Shown: positions 1-10,827 of the stretch, piece after piece
Layout of the letters: every line of letters starts with the position of its first letter
How positions within the stretch are numbered: the first letter of the stretch is position 1
NCBI GenBank assembly: GCA_963769935.1
Contig: CAVYNY010000009.1
Coordinates: forward strand, 192,001 to 256,000
DNA from: an uncultured delta proteobacterium
GTDB taxonomy: Bacteria > Desulfobacterota > Desulfobacteria > Desulfobacterales > JAFDCJ01
DNA length: 64,000 bases
Reading direction: 5' to 3'
Position numbers and translations under genes: made by a program
Notes under the pieces: generated by a model
Seen by the model: the letters and a program-made list of their open reading frames with translations, nothing else
Told to the model about the DNA's origin: nothing
The model's database searches: none

Positions 1-2217
1 TTCTGAAAATCCGGCCTTCAGCTGAAAGCGGTACCAACCCACGGCCCCGTTCTCGGCCACGGTAAGTTCGCCGTCATAAGCGCCGAATTCGGACAACGTT
101 AAATCGGCAACCGTGTAAACGGTTTTACCCGTGGGGTCGATAACTTCAAGCGAATAGCCTCCCGGGGGCGCCGGCACAAAGGTTTCGTTATCCTGGTCCC
201 GCACGTAGAGTTTGTATTGAATCGTATCGCCGGCTTTATAAACGCCCTGGGCCGTAGTGCCCCAGGTGTGAATATGACCGTAGCGCGGCTGGAGACGGGG
301 GGATACCGAGTAGCGTGAGACCCGATAGGTATCGACCTGAAACTGGTAATCCAACGGCAACAGGGCCAGATCAGCGTTCTTTTCGACGCGCACAAATATC
401 CGGGGATCATCCATATTATACGAATTGAGATATTTTAATTCCGGATCGAACTCCCGGGTTCCGGCCAGCATGGCCACGCCGTCGGCGTTGGTTGAGGCGG
501 CGGTCAGAATCGCAGGCTGCAGCGGCAGCGCGGTGTAGGTGCCACGATAAATCTCGACGACAGCGTCGGCTACAGGCAAGCCCGCCTTAAGGTCCGTCAC
601 CCACACCAGGGTGTTGAAATGGCCGATTTTTACATGCACGCTGAAAGGGGTTACCTGGGCAAAAAACCAGCGTTCCCAAAAATTCTTCGACACCGCGGGG
701 CTGGTATCCACGGTGCCCTGGATCACGCCGGATCGGCCGTCGAGCATATCACGGACCTGCAAAGGGATCCGGAAGGCAACATCTGCGGCCGCCGGAATCC
801 GGATTGTTTGATTTTGGCGGGTTTGCCTGCCTTCGGTCGTCAGGCGGTCATAGATTACCGAGGCCCTGTCAAGGTTGGTCACCACCAGGGGCACCTCGGT
901 ATTCACGTCCTTTTCCAGCACGGCCCTGGGGTGGGTCAGGGTAAAATCCGGCGGCCGGTGATCGGTGGCAAACTGCATATCAACGGGGGCCGGCAGGCGG
1001 CGTCCGAATTCATCTTGAAATTGATCGGCGTTGCTGCGCAGGGAATATACCTGGTAGGCGTGCAATACTTCCGGCAGCCAGACGTAATACTTGCGTCCCT
1101 GCTGGTGGGGTGAGCCCAGTTGGGAGTAGCCCCGATAATTGGCCCAGGGATCATAATCGGCTCGGCCGCCGGCCAGGTCGGGTGTGATGGTCAGATGGTC
1201 CTTGACCTCATCTACGATGACCGGTGCACTGAAAACCAGTGCCACGCGTCCCAGGGGATTGCAGCGGGGCTGATTCTCCCACCCGGTTCCGGCCGGATCG
1301 ATGGTGATTTTTTTACCCGCATTGTCGCTGCACTCAACGCCTTCGAAGGCAAATTCCGGAAACGTGTCGAAGGCCACCAGCACACGATTTTCGGCACCCA
1401 GTTCCGGTCCGAGAGTAGAGACCAGGCCCGGCTCCACCTGCAACTGCGCCGGGGTGTCAAGGGGAAGCTCAGCGGCGGGCGACACCAGCCAGACCCGCCG
1501 CGCTTCGGCCTGCGGATTTGACACGGGCTGTTTCTGAATATTGACGGTTTGATCCGGGGCTTTTTTATTTTCCGGAACCAATGCGAGCTTTTCTCCCGGT
1601 AAAGGAAGTATCAAAGGCGGCTCTTTGTCGTCGGGATCCGGCTCGACCTTCAGGCTGACGCGGTGCTGGTTTTGCGCTGCAAGCGTTATGAAAACATGTT
1701 CGGCCACTGATACCCGGGATACCGGCTGGCTAAAGGTCATGCGAATCAAGGGCCTGCCGGGAGCCTGCCATGTTTTAAACCAGGCGTGCCGCACTTTCGG
1801 TCGCTCGGTGACGAAACTGTGGGCCACGGGTTTTGCCAGGGTCGCGCCGTCCGCGGATATAATGCCCGGATTGACGACAATATCATAGCGAGTGGCGGGT
1901 GTTAACGCCGATTTCTCGTCCAGCTGACAGGCCAGCGCACTGGTATTCAGCCAGCGCCATTGGCAGTTCAGCGCGGGCAAGATGGTGATGGGAATTTCCG
2001 ATGCCCGGCGTTCCATGCGCCCCACCGGCACGACCGCCCGGTTAAACTGAATAACGATCTGTCGTCCGGCCGGCACATCCTGGCCGGTCGGCGTTATGCG
2101 CACAATGCTCAATGCCGCCGGCTCAGCACCGGAAGCTCCGCCGGCATTTAGAATCAAAACGGCGCCGGTGAATAGGACCGCAAGGCCTACAGATGAAAGC
2201 GCACAAAATCGACGCAT
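1..2217 (-). CDS. Bacterial alpha-2-macroglobulin family protein, N-terminal part; runs off the left edge
   Basis: Absent from the ORF track, presumably because it has no stop inside the window. I translated both ends, which are in the same frame. ATG at 2217 follows an AGGAG RBS. Signal peptide MRRFCALSSVGLAVLF..., then ITPTGQDVPAGRQIVIQFNRAVVPVGRM, and near the edge WGTTAQGVYKAGDTIQYKLYVR, typical of bacterial A2M MG domains. Confidence 0.8.
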   Translation of the reverse strand, partial: MRRFCALSSVGLAVLFTGAVLILNAGGASGAEPAALSIVRITPTGQDVPAGRQIVIQFNRAVVPVGRMERRASEIPITILPALNCQWRWLNTSALACQLDEKSALTPATRYDIVVNPGIISADGATLAKPVAHSFVTERPKVRHAWFKTWQAPGRPLIRMTFSQPVSRVSVAEHVFITLAAQNQHRVSLKVEPDPDDKEPPLILPLPGEKLALVPENKKAPDQTVNIQKQPVSNPQAEARRVWLVSPAAELPLDTPAQLQVEPGLVSTLGPELGAENRVLVAFDTFPEFAFEGVECSDNAGKKITIDPAGTGWENQPRCNPLGRVALVFSAPVIVDEVKDHLTITPDLAGGRADYDPWANYRGYSQLGSPHQQGRKYYVWLPEVLHAYQVYSLRSNADQFQDEFGRRLPAPVDMQFATDHRPPDFTLTHPRAVLEKDVNTEVPLVVTNLDRASVIYDRLTTEGRQTRQNQTIRIPAAADVAFRIPLQVRDMLDGRSGVIQGTVDTSPAVSKNFWERWFFAQVTPFSVHVKIGHFNTLVWVTDLKAGLPVADAVVEIYRGTYTALPLQPAILTAASTNADGVAMLAGTREFDPELKYLNSYNMDDPRIFVRVEKNADLALLPLDYQFQVDTYRVSRYSVSPRLQPRYGHIHTWGTTAQGVYKAGDTIQYKLYVRDQDNETFVPAPPGGYSLEVIDPTGKTVYTVADLTLSEFGAYDGELTVAENGAVGWYRFQLKAGFSE

Positions 2218-2266
2218 GGCTTTTTTCTCCTAACATGGAATCTTGTTGAAGTTTCACACGAGCCAG

Positions 2267-2513
2267 GCCGCCGGCCCAACAAACGGCCAGATTAATCGAG
2301 AAAAAAACTTTTGGGAATCCGGACACAGTTGGATCTAATATCACGCCCACTTTCAGGCTTCGCTCTTCGAGCTGCGACCCGACAAGCCGATAGAGCTCAC
2401 AGATTCCGTGGAGAACATTTTTCTTCGCCGCAGGCGGCTGCCAACCCTTACCTCTGTGACCTCTGAGCGCTCTGTGTGAGATTTAGTTTCATATAAGCAC
2501 ACGAGGTGTCAGC
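2267..2513. repeat. Composite MITE-like dispersed repeat, type 1, copy A
   Basis: Close reverse complement of 54706-54960. Shared blocks include GGACACAGTTGGAT, AATATCACGCCCACTTTCAGGCTTCGCTCTTCGAGCT and CTCTGAGCGCTCTGTGTGAGAT. Confidence 0.9.
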
Positions 2514-2665
2514 CTCTGTCTGACGAATTGTTCAGAATGATTAGGCTAAGCTGGCACATGTTGCATGGCTGGCGGGAATTCGCTTTTTTATCTTCGTCTG
2601 AGACCGTTTCAAAGCCTAAATCTCCTTCCCAGTAAAATTGGCTGATACAGGCGGCAAGCGGCGGC

Positions 2666-2898
2666 GCTGACACCTCATATGAAACTTCCTTAAATTCGAT
2701 GCCATTTTTACGAAGTGTCTCACCGCTGAGAGCGCAGAGAGCGCAGAGATTAATTTAACTTTTCTTTCTCGGCGTTCTCCCACCGGGGCGTAGGCCCTAT
2801 GGGCCGGAGGCGGCGGGCTCTGCGGTGAACTATTATGTTTCTTTTTCGATCAAACCGGCCGTTGTTTTGGCCGGCGGCGGCGCTGAAACCTGAAACCT
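2666..2898. repeat. Composite MITE-like dispersed repeat, type 2, copy B
   Basis: Close reverse complement of 21852-22073, e.g. TAAATTCGATGCCATTTTTACGAAGTGTCTCACCGCTGAGAGCGCAGAGA. Shares outer terminal motifs with type 1. Confidence 0.9.
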
Positions 2899-2927
2899 AT
2901 AGAATCAACCGTCCATCAATTTCTTAT

Positions 2928-5201
2928 CTATTTTTTGGCTTCTTGCATGCGCTGGAGATCTTCCCGGGCCCATTTTTGGGGAGAATATGGATTGGAGTAT
3001 TTTTTTTCGGCATCTGTTTGCAGGCAACGCTCAAAGGCCTGCGCGGCAGAAGCAGCATCTCCCTGCAGCCAGTGGTTAAGCCCGATAACATATTCCGCTG
3101 AAACTTTCCAGTCCGGAGAATTGCCCATCCGGTGTCTGAAAGTTTCTTCAGTCAAGGTACCATTGAGAAATTTGGCCTGCAAGGAAAAAAATTTAAACCT
3201 TTCAAATTGGTCCACCACATAGTTCCAGTAGACCGCGGCACCGGCGGCATCGTTGAAAAACCTGGCCCTGGTAATGCCGGCCATCATAGCGGCCGTAACC
3301 CTGGTAAGTTTATCTGCCTGCCGGGACCGCATGACAGAATCATAGGAAGCGGCGGCGTCCTCTATGTTTCCCAGCTCCGTGAAGCGATTGGCCAGCAGCA
3401 TGAGGGGCCGGGATCTTTGAGTTTTAACCACCGCTTCCTTCAAATAAGCGATTTCAAACCGCGTATTTCCTAGACGGCGCTGGACATTGGCCATTAACAA
3501 TAATGCCTCGCCACCGGACGGCGCCAGTTTGAGGCTGGCCGCCAGATGCCTTCCGGCGGTCTCCAAATGACCGGCTTTGATTTCAAGACGTGCGAATTCA
3601 TTGAACACGTCCGGGAATGCGGGTTCGCGCTGCAGCGCTTTACTCAGGTATTCCCGCGCCTGCTCATCCTGCCCCCGCCGGGCATACAACCGCCCGATCC
3701 GGTAGGGCGAATCCGGGTCCCAGGGAAAATCCTGCATTGATTTTTGGTAGGCACGGATGGCGTCATCGAGGCGGCCGCGGTCTTCATAATGCCGGCCGAT
3801 AAAAAAATCATGCCGCGCCGTTTTGCGGGCCGCCAGATCTTGCCAATCCGGCCAGCAAATCAGGCATAAAACGGCGCAGACGGGCGTCCAGCGGTAAAGC
3901 GCCCGCCGGTTCCCGGTTTTAACCCAGCGATAAAAAGACCACAAGGCCAGGGCCGCAAAAACCGCCAACATGACAGCCGGCGGCAGCCGGTAGCGGTCGG
4001 ACGCCTTGAATGGAATGATGGATATAATGACAGCCATCGTAACGATGACAAGCAACTGCTGGTTTTGGGTGGGGCGGCGGCAGAAAAACAGGCCCAGCAG
4101 GCCCAAGGGTCCAGCCAGCCAAAAGCCGGTCCAGGGCAGCGCCAGAAACCAGGAGTAGTTACGGTAGGCCGCCACATCGAATTCCTGGCTCCATTCACGG
4201 GCGTTCATGAAAATGAACACCCGCCGCAAAAAATTATATGCAACGCCGCCCGGGTCGCTCCGGATAACATCGACCAGCTTGTGCGCCCAGAATTTTTCGA
4301 CTTCCAACTCGGAAAATGCGCCGGCCTGCTCGGCCAGATGCATGTATTTGTCAAAAAGGATGCCGGCCGGCGGATGCAGCCCTTTGAATTCCGGCGCCAG
4401 GCCGGAATAAAGGCTCCAGGACGCCTGGGTGCGCAACATCGGTGCACCGGTTAAATAATAATTGCGCGCAAAGATCGGTCCGATAATCAAAACGGTTCCG
4501 CAGGCAAACAGGGCGGCCGTCTTCAGCGCCGCCGCCGGGTGTCCCTTATTTTTCAGGATCAGCCAGCCGCAAATGCACGGCAGCACCAGAAACAAATTGG
4601 CCCGCACCCCGGCAGACAGCGCGAAGCTGACGCCGGCGGCAAGAAGCGCCCAATATCGATGCGAACGCCGGATCAGCCACCAGAGAGCGAGGCTGAAAAA
4701 GAAAATACTGAACGTTTCAGCAAATTTTTCGGATTCAAAAACAACCAGCATCCAGTAAGTTGCGATGAGATAGCCGCTGATCAGGCCCACCTGGCGCTGC
4801 CAGGTGCGGGCGGCAATCTGAGCCAGTAAAACAGCCGTTCCGGCACCCATGATGCTCTGTAAAATCTTGTTAACCAGCGGCCCGGAACCGAAAATTATTT
4901 GCTGCACCGCCAGAAAGGCCGGATAAATCGGCAGATAATTTCCGACGCTGTCCCACAGCCAGACGCCGTCCACCATCTTCTGAGCCCAACTGGCATAGGA
5001 GGAGGCATCGACTACCGGAACGCCGAAAAGGGGATTGTCGAAGGATTGGATCACATAGATCAGCCGGAAACCCAGAGCAAACAAAAATAAAAAAAGGCTG
5101 GACCTCCTGCCAAGAGATTGTAGCGCCGGATCAGGGCTGCCGCTGGAATTCGATTCAAACCCATCGGCCGACATTGCCATGTGGGTATTGGTACTGATCA
5201 T
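2928..5201 (-). CDS. GT-C (PMT/ArnT-like) membrane glycosyltransferase with C-terminal TPR repeats
   Basis: Multi-TM N-terminal region with PVVDASSY, PIYPAFLA and DRYRLP motifs, followed by TPR-like helical repeats. Start may be a few codons downstream. Confidence 0.75.
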   Translation of the reverse strand: MISTNTHMAMSADGFESNSSGSPDPALQSLGRRSSLFLFLFALGFRLIYVIQSFDNPLFGVPVVDASSYASWAQKMVDGVWLWDSVGNYLPIYPAFLAVQQIIFGSGPLVNKILQSIMGAGTAVLLAQIAARTWQRQVGLISGYLIATYWMLVVFESEKFAETFSIFFFSLALWWLIRRSHRYWALLAAGVSFALSAGVRANLFLVLPCICGWLILKNKGHPAAALKTAALFACGTVLIIGPIFARNYYLTGAPMLRTQASWSLYSGLAPEFKGLHPPAGILFDKYMHLAEQAGAFSELEVEKFWAHKLVDVIRSDPGGVAYNFLRRVFIFMNAREWSQEFDVAAYRNYSWFLALPWTGFWLAGPLGLLGLFFCRRPTQNQQLLVIVTMAVIISIIPFKASDRYRLPPAVMLAVFAALALWSFYRWVKTGNRRALYRWTPVCAVLCLICWPDWQDLAARKTARHDFFIGRHYEDRGRLDDAIRAYQKSMQDFPWDPDSPYRIGRLYARRGQDEQAREYLSKALQREPAFPDVFNEFARLEIKAGHLETAGRHLAASLKLAPSGGEALLLMANVQRRLGNTRFEIAYLKEAVVKTQRSRPLMLLANRFTELGNIEDAAASYDSVMRSRQADKLTRVTAAMMAGITRARFFNDAAGAAVYWNYVVDQFERFKFFSLQAKFLNGTLTEETFRHRMGNSPDWKVSAEYVIGLNHWLQGDAASAAQAFERCLQTDAEKKYSNPYSPQKWAREDLQRMQEAKK

Positions 5202-5487
5202 TTTTGAAAATCTTTTTGATTATTGTTGATTCGGAATTACGTTGACGTTGCCTGGTCATTGCGCTCGATTAGATTGTAATTGCCTCTAATTGTACTAAAT
5301 CCTGCTGCTTCTTCAATCAAAAAATTTGAAATGGCCATAGCGCAAGGTTTTGTTTTGACAATTTTCCCCTTTTTTTATATAAAATTAGATGATTAGAAAA
5401 AATCCTGCTATCCCAAGAGGCTGAATTCCGGTGTTTTCCAAGGCAATCAACATTATAAGACGCGAAATTGAGCGTCTAAAAGCAACG

Positions 5488-8031
5488 ATGATTCTGAAAA
5501 GAATCTTGAAACTCAGAAACAGCAAACGCTTTGCGACCAATCTGGTGGCAACGTTTGCGGTGCTTGCCACCCTGTCCGTCATCGTCATCGTCATCGCGCT
5601 TTACGGATATTTTGATAAACAGGTTGAGTCTGAATTTCGCAAGAAAATACTGGCGGAAAAAGGTCAGGTTGAGATCATCTTAAGCAACCGCATCTCCCGT
5701 ATCAGCAATATGTTAAAAGATCTGGGATCCGATAACATTATTCGTGTGACGGTAATGCTCGATGGAAACTCCCAGCTCGAAGAGCGGATCGCGGAAGTCT
5801 ACCCCGCCAGCCAGGGCGTTTACTTTTTTGTGAAAAAGCACAATGAGATAACGGTCATACCGCAAACCTATCCCACTGTGTCGCCAAGTCTGATCGACTT
5901 CGCTCTCAAAAGATATCCATACGGCGAAATTCTGGAGGAAAATGGAATCACACGCCTGGTGTGGCTGTTTTCGACTCCGATAATGCATCAGACCCAGCTT
6001 ATGGGAACTGCCTATGCCCTCTATGATATGACGCAGGATAAAAAGATGATCCAGCAGCTCAATGAAACGGTGAGCGGCGACATATCCATGCTCAACTCCA
6101 ATAAACTCTACAGCCTGGGCTCCGGCAAGGCCCTGCAGCTGAATGAGGAAATGCTGAAAAGCATCTCAATGAATTTGGAACTGCTGCCGCTGGGCGAAAA
6201 ACTCATCCTGTCTAAAATTGATGGTTTTGATAATCTTTATTATAAATCGTCGCTGGAAGCTCTGGTTAATGGAAAGCGAAAAGTCACCTTATGGATCGGT
6301 CTGTTCTCGGTTGTCATTCTTAGCGTATCGATCATCATGTCTATCCATTTAGGCAAGAAAATGGTGGAGCCGTTGCGCCGCATGACCAGGATGGCGATTC
6401 AAATCTCAGAAGGACAAAAAGACCTGTTATTTGAAACCGGCAGCAATAATTACTGGGAATTCGAACAATTATCCCAGGCCTTCAATTACATGCTTACCAA
6501 TTTAAAAGATGCCGAAGAGCAATCGCGCTACAAAGAGCTGCTTGAAAATGTCGATGATGCGGTCTACATCCTCGATCAGAAAGGCAGGGTGCTGGAAGCC
6601 AATGAAGCCGCCTACACGCAGCTGGGATACTCGCCCGAACAATTCTTCGGTTTAAACCTGAGTGACCTTCTGCCTGCCACAGCGACGCGTTCAATCATAG
6701 ACCAGCTGGGTAAGGACGACCCGCATGAAATCCCTAAAAAGATCACCATTGATACCACCCATACCAAAACGAACGGCGAACTCATGCCCGTGGAAATTCA
6801 ATCCCGGGCCATATCCTACCGGGGACGCAATGTTATTCTCAATGTCGCCCGGGATATCACGGCGCGCATTGAAGCGGAAAAAGAAAAAAAACACCTGGAA
6901 AGCCAGTTGATGCATTCCCAGAAAATGGAGGCCGTCGGCACGCTGGCCGGCGGCATTGCCCATGACTTCAACAACCTTTTAATGGGAATTCAGGGATATG
7001 TCTCTCTGATGCGGCTGCAAACCAAATCGGGAGACCCGAACGAAGACTACATCAAGGGCATTGAAAACGCGGTTATGAACGCCGCCAATCTCACCAACCA
7101 GCTGCTCGGGTTTGCCCGCAAAGGAAAATACACACTCAGACAAACGAGCTTAAATTGCATTGTGGAAAACAGCACCAAAATGTTTACCCGTACCAGAAAA
7201 GAAATCGTCACCCACCTGAAACTCCAGGAGGACATCTGGAACGTTAAGGTCGACCCGGGACAAATCGAACAGGTGCTGATTAACCTTTACCTGAATGCCT
7301 GGCATGCCATGCCGGAGGGCGGCGATATTTTCATTCAGACGGAAAACATCTTCCTCAGTGAGGATTACTGCAGGCCCTTTGAGGTGCCGGGCGGAAATTA
7401 TGTTAAAGTCTCCGTGACGGACACCGGTCTCGGTATCCAGGAAGACATCATCGAAAGGATTTTCGAGCCGTTCTTTACTACCAAAGATGTCGGCAAAGGC
7501 ACCGGGCTCGGTTTGGCATCGGCTTACGGCATCATCAAGAATCACAACGGCATCATAAGAGTTTACAGCGAGAAATGCAACGGAACCACGTTCAATATCT
7601 ACCTGCCGGCCTCGGATGACAAAGCAGCCGCCGACGTAAAGGTGAGCAGGAAAATTTTGAGGGGTGAAGGAAAGATACTTCTGGTAGATGATGAAGCGGG
7701 CACCATCCAGGTGGAAGAATTGATGCTCAAAGAGCTCGGCTACAAGGTGCTGGCGGCCTTGAGCGGTCATGAAGCACTGGTGCTGTATAAAGATAACATG
7801 GTGGATCTGGACCTGGTGGCGCTGGATATGATTATGCCGGAAATGAACGGCAAGGACACCTATGAAGCGTTGAAAAAAATAAACCCGAATGTCAAGGTGC
7901 TGCTGGTAAGCGGTTACAGTTTGAACAAGCAGATTGAGGAGTTGATGCATAGAGGCTGCAACGGATTCATTCAAAAGCCCTTTGATATTGTCCAGCTCTC
8001 CCAGAAAATCAGAGAAGTGTTAGAGGATTGA
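5488..8031 (+). CDS. Hybrid sensor histidine kinase (periplasmic sensor, HAMP, PAS, HisKA, HATPase, receiver)
   Basis: H-box [24 protein letters not shown], receiver ILLVDD...LDMIMP...KPF, two TM segments. Start uncertain (5431 or 5488). Confidence 0.93.
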   Translation: MILKRILKLRNSKRFATNLVATFAVLATLSVIVIVIALYGYFDKQVESEFRKKILAEKGQVEIILSNRISRISNMLKDLGSDNIIRVTVMLDGNSQLEERIAEVYPASQGVYFFVKKHNEITVIPQTYPTVSPSLIDFALKRYPYGEILEENGITRLVWLFSTPIMHQTQLMGTAYALYDMTQDKKMIQQLNETVSGDISMLNSNKLYSLGSGKALQLNEEMLKSISMNLELLPLGEKLILSKIDGFDNLYYKSSLEALVNGKRKVTLWIGLFSVVILSVSIIMSIHLGKKMVEPLRRMTRMAIQISEGQKDLLFETGSNNYWEFEQLSQAFNYMLTNLKDAEEQSRYKELLENVDDAVYILDQKGRVLEANEAAYTQLGYSPEQFFGLNLSDLLPATATRSIIDQLGKDDPHEIPKKITIDTTHTKTNGELMPVEIQSRAISYRGRNVILNVARDITARIEAEKEKKHLESQLMHSQKMEAVGTLAGGIAHDFNNLLMGIQGYVSLMRLQTKSGDPNEDYIKGIENAVMNAANLTNQLLGFARKGKYTLRQTSLNCIVENSTKMFTRTRKEIVTHLKLQEDIWNVKVDPGQIEQVLINLYLNAWHAMPEGGDIFIQTENIFLSEDYCRPFEVPGGNYVKVSVTDTGLGIQEDIIERIFEPFFTTKDVGKGTGLGLASAYGIIKNHNGIIRVYSEKCNGTTFNIYLPASDDKAAADVKVSRKILRGEGKILLVDDEAGTIQVEELMLKELGYKVLAALSGHEALVLYKDNMVDLDLVALDMIMPEMNGKDTYEALKKINPNVKVLLVSGYSLNKQIEELMHRGCNGFIQKPFDIVQLSQKIREVLED

Positions 8032-8165
8032 ATATTGAAAATTGCAGATTGAAAATTTGAGGTATGCTTTCTATTTTAAGAAAGGCCTGCCGGACATTAA
8101 CGGTCCGGAGCGACATACCAAATTAATTCCATAATTATTCAATTTTCAATTTTCAATCTTCAATT
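8030..8165. repeat. Inverted 7-mer tandem tracts (ATTGAAA / TTTCAAT) between convergent genes
   Basis: ATTGAAAATTGCAGATTGAAAATTTGA on the left and TTCAATTTTCAATTTTCAATCTTCAAT on the right. The spacer is bounded by GGTATG...CATACC. Confidence 0.8.
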
Positions 8166-8996
8166 TGCATTCATCTGCCCCCCCAGGATGATTTCAATGC
8201 GCCGATTCTGACGGCGACCTTCTTCGGTGGTGTTCGATGCAACCGGTCGGTAATAGCTGTAGCCGCGAACCGACAGTCTTTCGGGCTTGATCCCGGCTTC
8301 TTCCTGGAGAAATCGGACGACAGCTGCCGCCCGGGCGGTTGAAAGTTCCCAGTTGCTCGGAAATCGTTTCTTGAGCGCCGCACTCAAGGGGACATTGTCC
8401 GTGTGGCCCTCAACCAGGATTTCCTGATCCTGGCTATTCTTCAGAGCATCCGCCATAACCAGCAGCAATTCTCGGCCCCTGGCATTAATTTCCACGCTGC
8501 CGGAATCAAATAAAATTTTGTCGACAAAAATCACTCTCAGTTTGTCGGCTTCTTCGACCACTTCGACTTCCTGGGCGGCTATCTGATCTTTCAGGCTGGT
8601 TTCAATGGTCTTCTTGGTGTCGTCAAGCAGCTGGATGACCTTTTCCTGCAGCTCAATAACCGATTTCTTTTTATACAATTCCTGCTTGAGCATTCGGTTG
8701 TTGTCCGATATTTGCTGGTTTATCTTTTTCAGATAGGTATTCTGAACCTCCGCTTCCATCAAGTCTTTGGAAAATTGACTTTTGGATGCTTCCGAATTGC
8801 GCAGTTCAATTCCCAGCCAATTATTTTTTTCTTCAGCCTGCTTCAGTTTTAATTCCAGGTCACTTACGGTCCGATCTTTCTCCGAATGGGTCGCTTCCAA
8901 TTCGGACTCCAGTGTCCGGTATTGGTTCATCGGCACACAGCCGGCGAGCATAAAAACCATCATCCCTGCAGCGACAAGTGTTTTCATGGCAAGCAT
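8160..8996 (-). CDS. OmpA/MotB-family peptidoglycan-binding lipoprotein with coiled coil
   Basis: Lipobox LAGC; ILFDSGS, VEGHTDNVP, SNWELSTARA and NRRIEI motifs. Confidence 0.9.
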   Translation of the reverse strand: MLAMKTLVAAGMMVFMLAGCVPMNQYRTLESELEATHSEKDRTVSDLELKLKQAEEKNNWLGIELRNSEASKSQFSKDLMEAEVQNTYLKKINQQISDNNRMLKQELYKKKSVIELQEKVIQLLDDTKKTIETSLKDQIAAQEVEVVEEADKLRVIFVDKILFDSGSVEINARGRELLLVMADALKNSQDQEILVEGHTDNVPLSAALKKRFPSNWELSTARAAAVVRFLQEEAGIKPERLSVRGYSYYRPVASNTTEEGRRQNRRIEIILGGQMNAN

Positions 8997-9056
8997 AGGA
9001 ATGTCTCCACTAAGATGAATTTAGGTGCAAAATGCACAGGATTAACTTCTACGTCC

Positions 9057-9443
9057 TTAAGGGAAGACATCGGTGACACTGGTGTAATTGAATATGATGA
9101 ACGCCGCGACGATGACGGCTACAATGATCAAAGAAAATATGACGACGCCTCTGCCGGCCGAAAGATCATCGATTTTTTGGCCAAGCAGCGCAATTTCCTC
9201 ATCTGTTAGACTATCCAGGCGGAGTTCGGCTTCCTGCGGGGCAATTCCCTGGGCAATCAGTGCAAGGCGGATCTCCTGACGCGCCGTCATTTGATTCAGA
9301 TATTCACGTGTTTCCTGCTGCCGGCCGGCCGGCAGCAGGCTTTCCGTTCCAATCATGGCAGCCGAGGCGGATTGATACCAGGTTGGGACCAGCAACAATA
9401 CGATGGCCAGATAAACACAGCTTGGTTGGGCAGATTTTTTCAA
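9057..9443 (-). CDS. PA2779-family protein
   Basis: Signal peptide ending ASA-AMIGT, LIAQGIAPQEAELRLDSLTDEEI, C-terminal hydrophobic segment; next to a PA2778-like peptidase. Confidence 0.75.
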   Translation of the reverse strand: MKKSAQPSCVYLAIVLLLVPTWYQSASAAMIGTESLLPAGRQQETREYLNQMTARQEIRLALIAQGIAPQEAELRLDSLTDEEIALLGQKIDDLSAGRGVVIFSLIIVAVIVAAFIIFNYTSVTDVFP

Positions 9444-9625
9444 AATGTTCAGCGACTTTCTCTGTCGTTAAGTGAAGGAAAACTAGCAGTGATTTCAAAG
9501 CCCGACCCGGCCTGTCCGTGTCGAACGCATGGAGTTGATCGGTGATTTAAAAACACTTTTTTGTATATTCTTTAGTGGAAACTGTCAATAGCTTTGACTC
9601 TTGCCCAAACCAATGAACATATTAT

Positions 9626-9729
9626 TATTAAGGGTCTCAAAATAGAAACCACTTCTTCATTGATTCCAGGTAAAGGCTTCTGGGAGTTCCAAATTATGAC
9701 ATGAATAGACAATTATGAGACCCTTAATA
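9626..9729. mobile_element. 104-bp MITE-like or internally deleted IS remnant
   Basis: Perfect 14-bp terminal inverted repeat TATTAAGGGTCTCA (9626-9639) / TGAGACCCTTAATA (9716-9729) in AT-rich DNA. Confidence 0.55.
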
Positions 9730-9852
9730 TCTCACCAGTAATATATCTAAATTGAGTATGGGTGGTGTAGTATCAATTATATTCCAACGTTGAAAACCTG
9801 GTTCCATGTTAGAATAAATTTCATCATCCAGCACCTGCATCCAGTATCCCGC

Positions 9853-10827
9853 TCAGGGCATCCTGGAACGAATCTCCTGCAATGTTTTCTCAGACTCGGC
9901 TTTCATGGGACCGCCCAGTTCAACCGCCTTTTGGGCCGCGACCAGGGCTTCGGGCTTGCGTCCCTGATCTAAAAGCACATAGGCCAGATTATTAAATGCC
10001 GCGGTCGAATCGGGATGCAACACCGTCGCCTCACGAAAGGCACTTTCAGCGCTTTTGAGGTCCCCCAGGGCATAAAAGCTGTTTCCCAGACCCATTCGCG
10101 CATTCAAACTGGCAGGCCACCGTGTCAATGCGGTCTGGTATCCGATTTCGGCGGCCTGGAATTGACGCGATTTTTCCAGCCCGAGGACGGCCGTCAAGTA
10201 CTTGATCTCATCCGCCTGCACCGGAATCTGGTTCGGTGCCAGCACTATCAGGCCCCAGTAGTTGCCGCGAGCCCAGGTTTTCTCAAAGAGATAGTAGGAC
10301 ATCACTTTGCGTTTGGTGGTCCCTGACCGAAGAATGACATCCTCGGCGGACAAATCATAACCGATGACGACGGCATAGTGCCAGACCGGCAGCCATGACA
10401 ATCCCAGATTCTGCAAAACGATCACCGGGTGACCGGCGGCAATTTCCGGAAACAGGGCATCCGGGCCTTTAAATTCATAGGCGATTTTAGCATGGCGCCG
10501 GGTGGCGCCGACCATGGCCATTTGCAGGCTGCCTTTGCGCGAGGGCGTATAGACCTGATTTTTCAGCGCTTCGGGGCTGATCGCCGGGCCGCTCCAGGTC
10601 AGCGCCATGGCCAGCGTAGCCGGTCCGCACTGGTAGGCCTCCTGCGGGTAAAATGGAACGGCATCCAGTTCGAAGCTGGTGGGCACATTTTCCGGCAGAT
10701 GCGGCAGGGGTGTCCGTTGAAAGACAGCGCAACCAAAAAGCAACACGAGGTGGCACATTAGAAGAAAGATCCGGCAGGCAGCTTTTTCTATTCGACATTT
10801 AACCATACTATCCTTGCAAGCGTTCAC
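9853..10827 (-). CDS. PA2778-family C39-like cysteine peptidase lipoprotein with TPR
   Basis: VPFYPQEAYQCGPATLAM (catalytic Cys), WHYAVVIGYD (His/Asp), C-terminal TPRs, lipobox-like LFGC. Confidence 0.85.
   Translation of the reverse strand: MNACKDSMVKCRIEKAACRIFLLMCHLVLLFGCAVFQRTPLPHLPENVPTSFELDAVPFYPQEAYQCGPATLAMALTWSGPAISPEALKNQVYTPSRKGSLQMAMVGATRRHAKIAYEFKGPDALFPEIAAGHPVIVLQNLGLSWLPVWHYAVVIGYDLSAEDVILRSGTTKRKVMSYYLFEKTWARGNYWGLIVLAPNQIPVQADEIKYLTAVLGLEKSRQFQAAEIGYQTALTRWPASLNARMGLGNSFYALGDLKSAESAFREATVLHPDSTAAFNNLAYVLLDQGRKPEALVAAQKAVELGGPMKAESEKTLQEIRSRMP

Noticed and set aside
99..2350. Short ORFs listed in the track
   Set aside because: They are alternate-frame or antisense shadows of the macroglobulin gene.
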